Shown: piece by piece, positions 1 through 8,536 of the stretch
How the letters are laid out: every line of letters begins with the position of its first letter
Position numbering within the stretch: the stretch's first letter is position 1
From: an uncultured Nitrososphaerota archaeon
GTDB lineage: Archaea; Thermoproteota; EX4484-205; JAAOZO01
Length of the DNA stretch: 64,000 nucleotides
Direction: 5' to 3'
Assembly: GCA_964408285.1 (NCBI GenBank)
Contig: CAYOYV010000006.1
Span: 31,635-95,634 of the forward strand
Position numbers and translations under genes: made by a program
Notes under the pieces: model-generated
The model's database searches: none
Seen by the model: only the letters and a program-made list of their open reading frames with translations
Told to the model about the DNA's origin: nothing

Positions 1-232
1 AGAGAATTTCATGGGGGAAAGATCCCCGCGCAGGATTACCATACCGGATGGGGTTGAAGTCAACGTGACTGGGGTCGATCTTCTGATGAAAGGAATTGAT
101 AAAGACGGCGTAACCCAATTGGCTGGTTCAATACAGTCAACTACGAGAATACTCCGCAAGGACCCTAGGGTCTACTTGGACGGCATATACGTTGTAGAAA
201 AGGGGTATGAAAGCGAGATCGGAGGGGCATAG
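1..232 (+). CDS. rpl6: 50S ribosomal protein L6 (C-terminal part, runs off window start)
   Basis: ENFMGERSPR...KDPRVYLDGIYV motif; precedes L32e. Confidence 0.95.
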   Translation, partial: ENFMGERSPRRITIPDGVEVNVTGVDLLMKGIDKDGVTQLAGSIQSTTRILRKDPRVYLDGIYVVEKGYESEIGGA

Positions 233-234
233 TC

Positions 235-633
235 TTGACGGATCGAGGCCGAGGCCTGAAGAGGAAGCTAGGGGTAAGAGAGAGAGTTCCCCACTTCAGA
301 AGACAGGAAACTTGGAAATACAGACGCCTAGGCGAGTCGTGGAGAAGACCGAAGGGATTGGATAACAAAATGAGGCAAGAACGGAAGGGTTGGCCGAGCC
401 GTCCCAAGGTGGGATATGGCGTTCCCAAGGAGATTAGGGGGCTGCATCCCTCCGGATTGAAGCCTGCAATGATTCAGAATCTGAATGACCTAGACGACCT
501 TGAGGAAAAAGAGGACGTAATCGTTGTGATATCAAGCAGGATTGGGAACAGGAAGAAGAAGTTGATAACTGACAAGGCAAGGAACATGGGTCTAAGAATA
601 GCAAATCCGTTCAAGGAAGAGGTGTTCGAGTGA
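235..633 (+). CDS. rpl32e: 50S ribosomal protein L32e
   Basis: PHFRRQE...WRRPKGLDNKMR, GLHPSG motifs. Confidence 0.97.
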   Translation: MTDRGRGLKRKLGVRERVPHFRRQETWKYRRLGESWRRPKGLDNKMRQERKGWPSRPKVGYGVPKEIRGLHPSGLKPAMIQNLNDLDDLEEKEDVIVVISSRIGNRKKKLITDKARNMGLRIANPFKEEVFE

Positions 634-634
634 G

Positions 635-1087
635 ATGGCAGTGAAGACAGTCAAGAGGATTGCTGCTGACCTGCTGAAGGTGGGGAGGTCAAGGATCTGG
701 ATGGACCCAAACCGACTGATGGACATGGACGCCGCCGTTACGCGAGGTGACGTTAGACGCCTCATCAAGGATGGAGCGATAGCAGTCAGGCCAGCCAGCA
801 CTCCATCAAGAGGAAGAAAACGGATCTTGCACTCCAGCAAACGCTCTGGTGGAAGAAGGGGGCATGGCAGCAGAAAAGGCTCCGCAAGAGCTCGAGCTAC
901 GAAGCACGAAAGCTGGCCCGAGAAGGTAAGAGCTCAAAGGAGTGAACTGCGGAAGCTCAGGGACTCAGGAAAGGTAACAAGGGAAGTGTACCGGGACCTC
1001 TACATGCAGGTCAAAGGAGGAAAATTCGGATCAAGGAGGATGCTGTTGGATGCCGTACAACCCATGATGAAGAGGGGCAGAAGATGA
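635..1087 (+). CDS. rpl19e: 50S ribosomal protein L19e
   Basis: KRIAADLLKVGRSRIWMDP, RRGHGSRKG. Confidence 0.97.
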   Translation: MAVKTVKRIAADLLKVGRSRIWMDPNRLMDMDAAVTRGDVRRLIKDGAIAVRPASTPSRGRKRILHSSKRSGGRRGHGSRKGSARARATKHESWPEKVRAQRSELRKLRDSGKVTREVYRDLYMQVKGGKFGSRRMLLDAVQPMMKRGRR

Positions 1088-1650
1088 GAAAAGGAACAAG
1101 ATTGAAATTGAAAAGGCGACGGGAAGGCCTGACCTATTATAGGAGAAGAGAAAGCACTGCACCCTCTGGAAAGCCCCGGTTGGTCGTCAGGTCATCGAAC
1201 AAGTACGTTTACGTCTATCTCACCGAAACCGTGGCGGGAGGCGATAGGATATTGTCGTCGGCGAACTCAAGGGAACTCAGGCAGCTAGGTTGGGAATTTG
1301 GACTTGGGAATACACCAGCAACCTATCTGACAGGTGCATTGTTGGCGAAAAGGGCCGCGAGCACCGGAGTCAACGAAGCTATTCTCGACATTGGATTGGC
1401 AACACCGACAACAGGAAACAAGCAGTTCGCGGCAGCGAAGGGATGCGCTGATCTCGGTTTGTCTGTCAGATGCGATGAGTCCGTGATCCCGAACGAGGAT
1501 AGAATCAGGGGAAGGCACATAGCTGCATTTCTCTCAGATATCACGAATGCCAAAACCTTCTCAAAGATCAGGGCAAAGAATCTGGGTCCCGAGTCAATGA
1601 TCCAACAGTTCGAGGCGGTTCTCTCGAAGATAAAGGGAGGCGGGAAATGA
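1084..1650 (+). CDS. rpl18: 50S ribosomal protein L18
   Basis: RRREGLT.Y, PRLVVRSSN, GNTPATYLTG; operon position. Confidence 0.95.
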   Translation: MRKGTRLKLKRRREGLTYYRRRESTAPSGKPRLVVRSSNKYVYVYLTETVAGGDRILSSANSRELRQLGWEFGLGNTPATYLTGALLAKRAASTGVNEAILDIGLATPTTGNKQFAAAKGCADLGLSVRCDESVIPNEDRIRGRHIAAFLSDITNAKTFSKIRAKNLGPESMIQQFEAVLSKIKGGGK

Positions 1651-1651
1651 G

Positions 1652-2284
1652 ATGTCGGAAGAGCCAACGAGTTCCTCGATTGGGCAGAGCTCGGATGAGG
1701 GTCTAATAGCCGTTCGTTCGAACCAAGTCACCACTCTTGAGGAATACTTCGAAAAGGGACTGAAGATATTAGATCCACAGGTAATAGATCTGCTCCTTCC
1801 CAAATTGAGGGAGGAGTTGATTGCCCTAAGCCCTGTTCAAAAGCAGACAGACGCCGGAGAGAGGACAAGAATAAGAACAATTGTCGTGATTGGTGACGAA
1901 AACGGTCATGTTGGAGTTGGATCTGGCAAGGCATCTCAGGTGAGCGATTCGATAGCCAAGGCCTCAAGACGCGCGAAACTTGGCATGATCTCTGTACGCA
2001 GGGGTTGCGGATCATGGGAGTGCAGGTGTGGGGAATCACACTCCCTGCCTTTCAAGGTAAAATCAAGGGCGGGTTCAGTTGGCATAGAGCTAATTCCGGC
2101 GCCAAAGGGAGTCGGGCTCGTTACAGGAGACAAGGTCAGGATTGTTCTCTCATTGGCGGGCATAAGAGATGCTTGGTCCAGATCCGATGGCAGCACTACG
2201 ACCTCTGTCTCCGCTGCGTTCGCGGCCTTCAACGCACTGAAACGCACTTATGTCACACCGACCACAGGAGATTGGGGGGCATGA
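1652..2284 (+). CDS. rps5: 30S ribosomal protein S5
   Basis: QKQTDAGERTR, RRGCGSWECRCG, LIPAPKGVGLV. Confidence 0.97.
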   Translation: MSEEPTSSSIGQSSDEGLIAVRSNQVTTLEEYFEKGLKILDPQVIDLLLPKLREELIALSPVQKQTDAGERTRIRTIVVIGDENGHVGVGSGKASQVSDSIAKASRRAKLGMISVRRGCGSWECRCGESHSLPFKVKSRAGSVGIELIPAPKGVGLVTGDKVRIVLSLAGIRDAWSRSDGSTTTSVSAAFAAFNALKRTYVTPTTGDWGA

Positions 2285-2287
2285 TAG

Positions 2288-2779
2288 ATGAGCAATAAGG
2301 AATCCGCTAGAATGGTCATCGCGGTCCGGATCAGGGGCGAGCCAAATCTGCGCCAAGACATAAGGATGGCTCTTGAGTCGTTACGCCTGAGGAAAGTTCA
2401 TACAGCCGTTGTTATAAAGGCGAATCAGGACGTGATCGGATCGCTTCGAAAGCTGAAAGATGTAATTGTGTGGGGAGAGATAGAGGAGAAAACTCTTGTT
2501 GAGCTCCTGAAAAAGAGGGGCCTTATGAAGGGCGGTTTCAGATTGAGCGAGAAGTTCATAAAGGAAAAATTGAATCTTCCGGATTTCGATGCCCTGGCAA
2601 AGGCTTTGCTCAATAATGAAATGGAGATGAAGAAGATGCCTGGCTTGGTGCCCTACTTTAGACTGGCTCCTCCTTCGCGTGGCTACATTCTGAGGACTGA
2701 GCACAGAAGAAGGGGTAAGAGGGAGATCACTGGTTATGCTGGGACATCGATCAATGAACTCGTCATGAGAATGGTCTAA
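2288..2779 (+). CDS. rpl30: 50S ribosomal protein L30
   Basis: AVRIRG...LRLRKVH, FRLAPP, INELVMRM; operon position. Confidence 0.95.
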   Translation: MSNKESARMVIAVRIRGEPNLRQDIRMALESLRLRKVHTAVVIKANQDVIGSLRKLKDVIVWGEIEEKTLVELLKKRGLMKGGFRLSEKFIKEKLNLPDFDALAKALLNNEMEMKKMPGLVPYFRLAPPSRGYILRTEHRRRGKREITGYAGTSINELVMRMV

Positions 2780-2781
2780 CA

Positions 2782-2789
2782 TTTTTAAG
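2782..2789 (+). promoter_or_regulatory. putative TATA box for hsp20
   Basis: TTTTTAAG directly after the rpl30 stop, about 30 nt upstream of the hsp20 ATG. Confidence 0.5.
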
Positions 2790-2817
2790 GGAGTGACCTC
2801 GGCCTGTCTGATGAAGG

Positions 2818-3363
2818 ATGAGCGAGAACGCGGACTCCTGGGATGAGTGGTTCAAAAACCGGAAGTCGATTTTCGAGAAGTTCTTTGAGGAGGTCTTCAG
2901 AGAAATAGAGGAGATGGACAAGGCCCTCGATGCCTTCGGGCCCATACGGCCAGAAGACATAGAGCGGTTCAGAAGGCCCCTCACGTGGGGTTTCAAGTAT
3001 CATCTGGGTCCGGACGGGAAACCAGCAATAAGCGAGTTCGGGAACGTCAGGAGGAAGGGAGGCATTCCCAAGGTCGTGGGGGAAACTGAGCCTCTGACCG
3101 ATGTCATGGAGAAGGATGATGCCATCTCGGTGGTGGCGGAATTACCCGGCGTTGAGAAGGATGATATCGACGTTAGATGTGACGGAAGGGCCGTGACAAT
3201 CAACGCCAAATCCGAAAAGAGACAATACTCAAAGGAGATTCCCTTACCAGCTGAAGTCCTGCCGAAATCAGGAATGGCGAGGTATAAGAATGGAATACTG
3301 GAGCTCACACTTAAGAAGAAGGCGGCGAGCTCCATCTCAGGAGAACAAATCAAGGTAGAGTGA
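2818..3363 (+). CDS. hsp20: archaeal small heat shock protein Hsp20
   Basis: GPDGKP...EFGNV, EPLTDV, AELPGVEKDDI, ARYKNGILE alpha-crystallin motifs. Confidence 0.95.
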   Translation: MSENADSWDEWFKNRKSIFEKFFEEVFREIEEMDKALDAFGPIRPEDIERFRRPLTWGFKYHLGPDGKPAISEFGNVRRKGGIPKVVGETEPLTDVMEKDDAISVVAELPGVEKDDIDVRCDGRAVTINAKSEKRQYSKEIPLPAEVLPKSGMARYKNGILELTLKKKAASSISGEQIKVE

Positions 3364-3369
3364 GAGCAG

Positions 3370-3780
3370 TTGCCTCACGATTTGCGTAAGACAAGAAAGC
3401 TCAGAGGGGGGCGTCACTATGGTTGGGGCCAAGTGGGACAACACAGGGGCTCTGGTATGCGCGGGGGATATGGAAGAGCGGGGTCCAAGAGTCATAAGCT
3501 CCTAATGTATGAGGACAGCGGAACGAAAAAGAAGGGGTTTATCAAGAAACCTTTGCCAAGAAAAGCAAACACGGTCAACGTCGGAGGCCTTGAGCGTTTC
3601 TTAGATAAGGGAAAGACAGAGGGCGGGAAAATCATCATCGACATGATCAGCCTTGGCTATGATAAGTTACTTGGCTCCGGGATTCCTCCCTCGAACGTTG
3701 AAGTGATCATCTCAAGTTGGTCGAAGAGGGCAGAAAAGAAGCTATTGGAGGTTGGAAGCAACGTGAAGAAACTCAGCTGA
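3370..3780 (+). CDS. rpl15: 50S ribosomal protein L15
   Basis: RKLRGGRHYGWGQVGQHRGSG.RGG, YDKLLGSG. Confidence 0.95.
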   Translation: MPHDLRKTRKLRGGRHYGWGQVGQHRGSGMRGGYGRAGSKSHKLLMYEDSGTKKKGFIKKPLPRKANTVNVGGLERFLDKGKTEGGKIIIDMISLGYDKLLGSGIPPSNVEVIISSWSKRAEKKLLEVGSNVKKLS

Positions 3781-3794
3781 GTTGAGAGTGCAAA

Positions 3795-5222
3795 ATGGTA
3801 AGGTTCCTTGAGGTTTTCGGAAGAATCGGGCAAGTCATACCCCAAGTGCAGAAGCCAACGAAGAAGCCTCGCCTATCTGAGAAGCTGCTTTGGACGGGGA
3901 TAGCCTTGGTGTTATATCTTATCATGGGTTACGTGGAGCTTTACGGAATCCCAACAGGGACCGCTGATCCACTCAGGGCGCTTCGAGTGATAGTTGGAGG
4001 GGCAAGGGGTTCGCTGGCCGAGCTGGGAATAGGGCCGATAGTCACAGGAGGCCTGATACTTCAATTGCTGGCGGGCGCAGGGCTGATGAGTTACAACCAG
4101 TCAGATTCTGCGGACAGGGAGTTGTTCGCGAGCGCCAACAAACTATTCTCGCTTCTGTTCACAGTCGTAATAGCGTCCCTAACGGCCTTCGGTGGAACTT
4201 ACGGTGCCTTGGGTCTTTCGACGAAAGTCATCATACTTACTCAATTGATTGTCGCTGGTTTTGTCCTAATACTCCTTGACGAGATGATGCAGAAGGGTTG
4301 GGGCATAGGAAGCGGAATAAGTCTGTTCATCCTTGCCGGGACGGCCAGGGAGATCTACCTGATGACCCTCTCGCCATTAGGACCAATGGGTGATGGATTC
4401 TCCGAGGGCTCAGTTATTGCCCTTTTTCAGTCGGTATTCTCAGGGAATTTCAATGCTACCTCGTTGATAATAAGAGAGGAGGACACAACGCTCCCTACGA
4501 TCTTTCAGCTCGTTGTGACGTTTGCCCTTCTGGCGGTGGTAGTTTACTTGGAGAACGTGAGCATCCAAGTGCCAATATCCTCCTCTAGGGCAAGAGGATT
4601 CTCAGGGAACTATCCGATAAAGTTACTCTTCGTATCGACGCTTCCAATAATCCTTGCCATAGCGATATTCGCGAACGTAGGCCTAGTCTCGAATCTCATC
4701 CAGAACAACAGCAATCTGTCATCAATCACGTTGTTCAATATGTCTCTAGTTGACATTGTGGGAAGAACCGACTCGCAGGGTAATCCCGAGAGCGGTTTGT
4801 TGTTATATATAACTCCCCCTAGGAGCGTTGAGGCCTCGATCAAGGATCCCACAAGGGCTTTCGTATATGCGATAATCTTGGTTGTGCTGTCAATGTTTTT
4901 CTCGATAATCTGGATGGAGGTGTCTGGCATGGATGCCAAGTCTATGGCCTCCCAACTGGTTGAGGCTGGAATTGCCATGCCGGGATTCAGAACATCGACG
5001 AAACCACTTGAATCCCTGATTTCTGACTATCTTGATGCCGTTACGATTGTTGGTGGTGCCCTGATAGGTCTTTTGGCCGCGGTAGGAGATATCGTGGGGG
5101 TCTACGGATCTGGAACTGGATTGTTGCTATCAGTGGGAATCGTCTACGGGCTATATGAAAGCATACTGAGGGAACAGGCAGAGGAGATCTTCCCGCAGTT
5201 GAGAAGATTGCTTCCCATCTAG
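3795..5222 (+). CDS. secY: preprotein translocase SecY/Sec61alpha
   Basis: ELGIGPIVT, KGWGIGSGISLFI, YPIKLLF, GSGTGLLLSV. Confidence 0.98.
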   Translation: MVRFLEVFGRIGQVIPQVQKPTKKPRLSEKLLWTGIALVLYLIMGYVELYGIPTGTADPLRALRVIVGGARGSLAELGIGPIVTGGLILQLLAGAGLMSYNQSDSADRELFASANKLFSLLFTVVIASLTAFGGTYGALGLSTKVIILTQLIVAGFVLILLDEMMQKGWGIGSGISLFILAGTAREIYLMTLSPLGPMGDGFSEGSVIALFQSVFSGNFNATSLIIREEDTTLPTIFQLVVTFALLAVVVYLENVSIQVPISSSRARGFSGNYPIKLLFVSTLPIILAIAIFANVGLVSNLIQNNSNLSSITLFNMSLVDIVGRTDSQGNPESGLLLYITPPRSVEASIKDPTRAFVYAIILVVLSMFFSIIWMEVSGMDAKSMASQLVEAGIAMPGFRTSTKPLESLISDYLDAVTIVGGALIGLLAAVGDIVGVYGSGTGLLLSVGIVYGLYESILREQAEEIFPQLRRLLPI

Positions 5223-5229
5223 GTCTTAC

Positions 5230-5245
5230 GTCATTTTTATATGAC
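5230..5245 (+). promoter_or_regulatory. putative TATA box for adk flanked by a short inverted repeat
   Basis: GTCAT-TTTTAT-ATGAC; TATA-like core about 25 nt upstream of ATG 5266, compatible with a leaderless mRNA. Confidence 0.45.
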
Positions 5246-5265
5246 CGGAGGCACGAGTCAGCGCA

Positions 5266-5850
5266 ATGGGCAAATTCGCCATCATAGTAGGGATACCAGG
5301 GGTCGGAAAGACCACTGTGTTAGATGTATTGTTGAATCTAGCAAAAGATTCGGGCATCAGGGCCTCTGTTGAGAATATGGGTTCCCTTATGTTGGAGGCC
5401 GCAAAGGAAGCAGGGACCTCCATTGGTAGGGACAAGATGAGAACACTCTCCCTACAGGAGCAAGCAAAGCTCAGGATGAAGGCAATAAAGAAGCTGGTCG
5501 AAAGGAAATCCGCCAATGACCTTACAATACTTGACACCCACTTCCTCATTCGCTCAAAGGGAGGATATCTGGTCGGCCTCCCGAAGGATCTATTGGATGC
5601 AGTCGGACCAGAGTACTTTGGCATAATAGAGGCCTCTGTTCAAGACATTCTATCAAGGAGGGCCGTCGACGCGACCAGGTCCAGAGACGAGGTGAATGAG
5701 GAGGAAGTGAAACTTGAACAAGACTTGACCAGGACTTCAGTATTTCTGCTCGCTGCCCTCTACAACGCGAATGTGATACGGGTCACCAATGAACAGGGGA
5801 AGGCATCGGAATCCGGTAGAAAATTTTATGACTTCCTCCTGAGGGGATAG
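5266..5850 (+). CDS. adkA: archaeal adenylate kinase
   Basis: GIPGVGKTT P-loop, ILDTH, GYLVGLP; follows secY. Confidence 0.95.
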   Translation: MGKFAIIVGIPGVGKTTVLDVLLNLAKDSGIRASVENMGSLMLEAAKEAGTSIGRDKMRTLSLQEQAKLRMKAIKKLVERKSANDLTILDTHFLIRSKGGYLVGLPKDLLDAVGPEYFGIIEASVQDILSRRAVDATRSRDEVNEEEVKLEQDLTRTSVFLLAALYNANVIRVTNEQGKASESGRKFYDFLLRG

Positions 5851-5856
5851 CAGAGG

Positions 5857-6309
5857 ATGGATCCTTCAACAACACTGCTGATCGTGACAGGAGCTGCTCT
5901 TGTCGGATCGGTTGGCCAGACTGTGATTTCTGTGAAAATCGGTGACCCAGAAAAGCTACGGGAGTTGCAGGGACAACTGAAGGACTACCTGTCGGATTTG
6001 GAAGCTGCAAAGAAATCCTCCGACAAGAAGTTGCTCAAGCAGATGGAGAAGAAGAAGAAATACATGGATACTCTTCAGAGCGAGGTCAGTAACGCCACTA
6101 TGAAAATGACTATCTTATCTTCTGTATTCGCCCTATTGATTTTCGCTGGACTTTATTACTTATTCAACCCAGAACAGGGCATTGCGTACCTTTCAACCTA
6201 TTTATGGGAAGCGGGGTCTGGGTTAGTAAACTTGACCATAATTTACTGGTATATTGTCTCCTCATTCTACTTCTCAACAATTGTCAGGAAACTGATGAGA
6301 GTGAGCTAG
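5857..6309 (+). CDS. EMC3/TMCO1-family (DUF106) membrane protein
   Basis: TM-coiled coil-TM-TM layout, YWYIVSS C-terminus, conserved position after adk. Confidence 0.85.
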   Translation: MDPSTTLLIVTGAALVGSVGQTVISVKIGDPEKLRELQGQLKDYLSDLEAAKKSSDKKLLKQMEKKKKYMDTLQSEVSNATMKMTILSSVFALLIFAGLYYLFNPEQGIAYLSTYLWEAGSGLVNLTIIYWYIVSSFYFSTIVRKLMRVS

Positions 6310-6312
6310 ACT

Positions 6313-6897
6313 TTGGTGGGCGAGGAACCCCGCATTATGCCAGGAGGCCCGGTCATAACGATAGGAGGTCTTCATGGCGTCGGCAAATCTACGCATTCCG
6401 AGCTTCTTTCGAAGCTTCTTGGCCTCGAATATGTTTCAACAGGCTTGATCTTCAGGGATCTGGCCAAGCAAAGGGGCCTTAGCCTTATAGAACTGACTAA
6501 AGTCTCGGCCGAGGATAGATCAATAGATCTACAGATAGACAACCTTAGCAAGGAGAGACTTATGAAAGGTGGGATTGTATTTGACAGCCTGCTGGCCCCT
6601 CATCTCTCAGTCGGCTTTGAGGCGCTAAGGATATACCTTTTTGCTCCTATAGAAGTCAGGATGGCCCGCATAGCTGAGAGAGAAAAAAGGAATCTGGACG
6701 AGATATGGCAGGAGACCCTCTTCAGAGAGAAACTGGAGATACAGAGATTCAAGGAGTATTACGACATAGACATGAGCGACACGTCTGCCTATCATCTGTT
6801 GCTTGACACTTCACTGATGCGTATAGACGACAATGTTAAAATCCTAATGGAAGCATCAAAGGTCTATATTGAGAGGAGGTGGCCCAATTGGCGTTAA
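6313..6897 (+). CDS. cmk: cytidylate kinase
   Basis: ITIGGLHGVGKST, GLIFRDLA, RFKEYYDID. Confidence 0.92.
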   Translation: MVGEEPRIMPGGPVITIGGLHGVGKSTHSELLSKLLGLEYVSTGLIFRDLAKQRGLSLIELTKVSAEDRSIDLQIDNLSKERLMKGGIVFDSLLAPHLSVGFEALRIYLFAPIEVRMARIAEREKRNLDEIWQETLFREKLEIQRFKEYYDIDMSDTSAYHLLLDTSLMRIDDNVKILMEASKVYIERRWPNWR

Positions 6898-7172
6898 TCT
6901 CTGTTGGAAGAATATGCAAGAAATTGGCAGGAAGAGATTCCGGGCAGAGGTGCGTGATCATCGACGTATTGGACACAAACTTCATAATGATTACTGGCCC
7001 AAAAAAGATCACAGGAGTCAGAAGGAGAAAGGTGAACATGAATCATGTCTTGCCGCTTGGGAAATCAATAAGAGTGAGGAAGAATGCCTCGGACGATGCA
7101 GTTGCCTCTGCGCTGGAGCGGAGGAAGCTAATACCATTCATGAAGGGTGAGGATGTTGAACCTGCTGAATGA
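6879..7172 (+). CDS. rpl14e: 50S ribosomal protein L14e
   Basis: VGRICKKLAGRDSG, ITGPKKITGVRRRKVNMNHV. Confidence 0.95.
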   Translation: MAQLALISVGRICKKLAGRDSGQRCVIIDVLDTNFIMITGPKKITGVRRRKVNMNHVLPLGKSIRVRKNASDDAVASALERRKLIPFMKGEDVEPAE

Positions 7173-8160
7173 GCTGAGAAAACCTAGGAGGCTTGTCATA
7201 AGGGAAGAGTCAACGACATCTTGGGATTATGGCTGGAACCCGAATCTAAGACGATTGGATCAATTGGTGGACTCTGGCGTAATAGTCCTTGACAAACAGA
7301 GCGGCCCCACCAGTCATGATTTTGTGGCAACCCTGAAGAGACTCCTGAATCTCAAAAAAGCCGGTCACAGCGGGACCCTTGAGTGAATTCGGGGAAATCC
7401 TGGCGTGACTGGAGTACTAATCGCGCTTTCCGGAGCAGCCACAAACCTGGTCCCATACTTGCATAGGCTAGGAAAGGAATATGTCGGAGTTGGGGAGCTG
7501 CATTCCGACGTATCAAAATCCAAACTTCAGGAAGCGATGGGTATATTCATAGGGCAGATATTCCAAAGACCCCCTGTTAGGGCTTCGGTCAGCAGGAAGT
7601 TAAGGACAAGATCTGTCTTCTACTTTGACCTTTTGGAATACGAGGATAGACGATTTCTTTTCAGGGTTGGAACGGAAGCAGGTACATACATAAGGAAATT
7701 GATACATGACCTTGGGCTGTTGACTGGATCGGGAGCTCATATGGTTCAGCTTCGAAGGACTAGGGACGGCCCCTTCGGCGAGTCTCAATCACATGGGATG
7801 TGGAGCATCGCCTTGGCCCTTGAGATATATAGATCACGAAATGATGAGACCGAGCTAAGGAAAGTAATACTACCGATAGAATCGGCAATTGCTCTATATC
7901 CATCGATTTATATCAAGGACGGTGCAGTTTCTGCAGTGTGTCATGGCGCTAATCTCTCGATTGGTGGCGTCTCGTCATTTGAGGAACCTGTGGAAAAGGG
8001 AAACGTTGTTTGCGTGAAAACTCTCAAGGGCGAGCTAGTGGCAATGGCCAGGTCAGAGAAGGATTCTCATGGTCTGCTAAATGACAGAACTGGTCTAGCT
8101 GCAATCACCGAGAGGGTTCTAATGGATAGAGGGCTATATCCAAAAATGTGGAGACAATAG
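7153..8160 (+). CDS. cbf5: H/ACA pseudouridine synthase Cbf5, spliced: join(7153..7381,7397..8160), 330 aa
   Basis: DKQSGPTSH, GHSGTL|DPGVTGVL restored by removing a 15-nt intron; EAGTYIRKL and a PUA domain follow. Confidence 0.95.
7382..7396 (+). other. 15-nt BHB intron in cbf5 mRNA
   Basis: Outer helix CGGGA/UCCUG, central helix CCCU/GGGG, bulges UGA and AAA; cutting after the second bulge nucleotides gives GAU (catalytic Asp); contains an in-frame UGA. Confidence 0.92.
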
Positions 8161-8203
8161 GCCTAGAGAAATCTTAATATCACTTGAGGTTTTGGAATTC
8201 CAC

Positions 8204-8334
8204 GCCGAGGTGCCGAGTTGTCAAACACGGCAGGTGCCCGAATCTGGCCAAGGGGCAATGGAGCCTAAGCCTGGAGTGTCGTAGATAGCTTGTGAACCTT
8301 CGGGTTCTTATGGGTTCGAATCCCTTCCTCGGCG
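8204..8334 (+). tRNA. tRNA-Ser(GGA) with three introns (about 6/7, 29/30, 37/38)
   Basis: Acceptor GCCGAGG/CCTCGGC plus G73, T-loop TTCGAAT, variable arm GAACC-TTCG-GGTTC, anticodon stem CAAGC/GCTTG with loop CT-GGA-GA after removing 8218-8233 (or 8210-8233), 8259-8268 and 8277-8286; 87-nt mature product; tRNA-Ser upstream of S13 is a known archaeal arrangement. Confidence 0.88.
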
Positions 8335-8536
8335 CCTCCTTCTCTCTGTTAGTTTATTTCGTGCCCCTTCAGTTGAGGCCCCCCAATAGCGTTCCAATTT
8401 GCCTCAGTTCAAGTGTTAGTCTTCCAGTTCTGCAGTGCTTTGTACATGAGAATTAGCTATTCGAGCTGCGACGTATTTCCAGTAATGGATTTGCTTTATA
8501 TCATCGCACGATGTTTTTTCTCGGAGGAGGATTCGA

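Noticed and set aside
1150-1168. Odd ESTAP stretch in L18 suggesting compensating frameshifts
   Set aside because: Frame and length are preserved and the segment is too short to distinguish from ordinary divergence
7384-7386. In-frame TGA in cbf5 read as selenocysteine or readthrough
   Set aside because: Readthrough would give Glu plus five extra residues at the catalytic Asp, whereas BHB excision restores the exact TLDP motif
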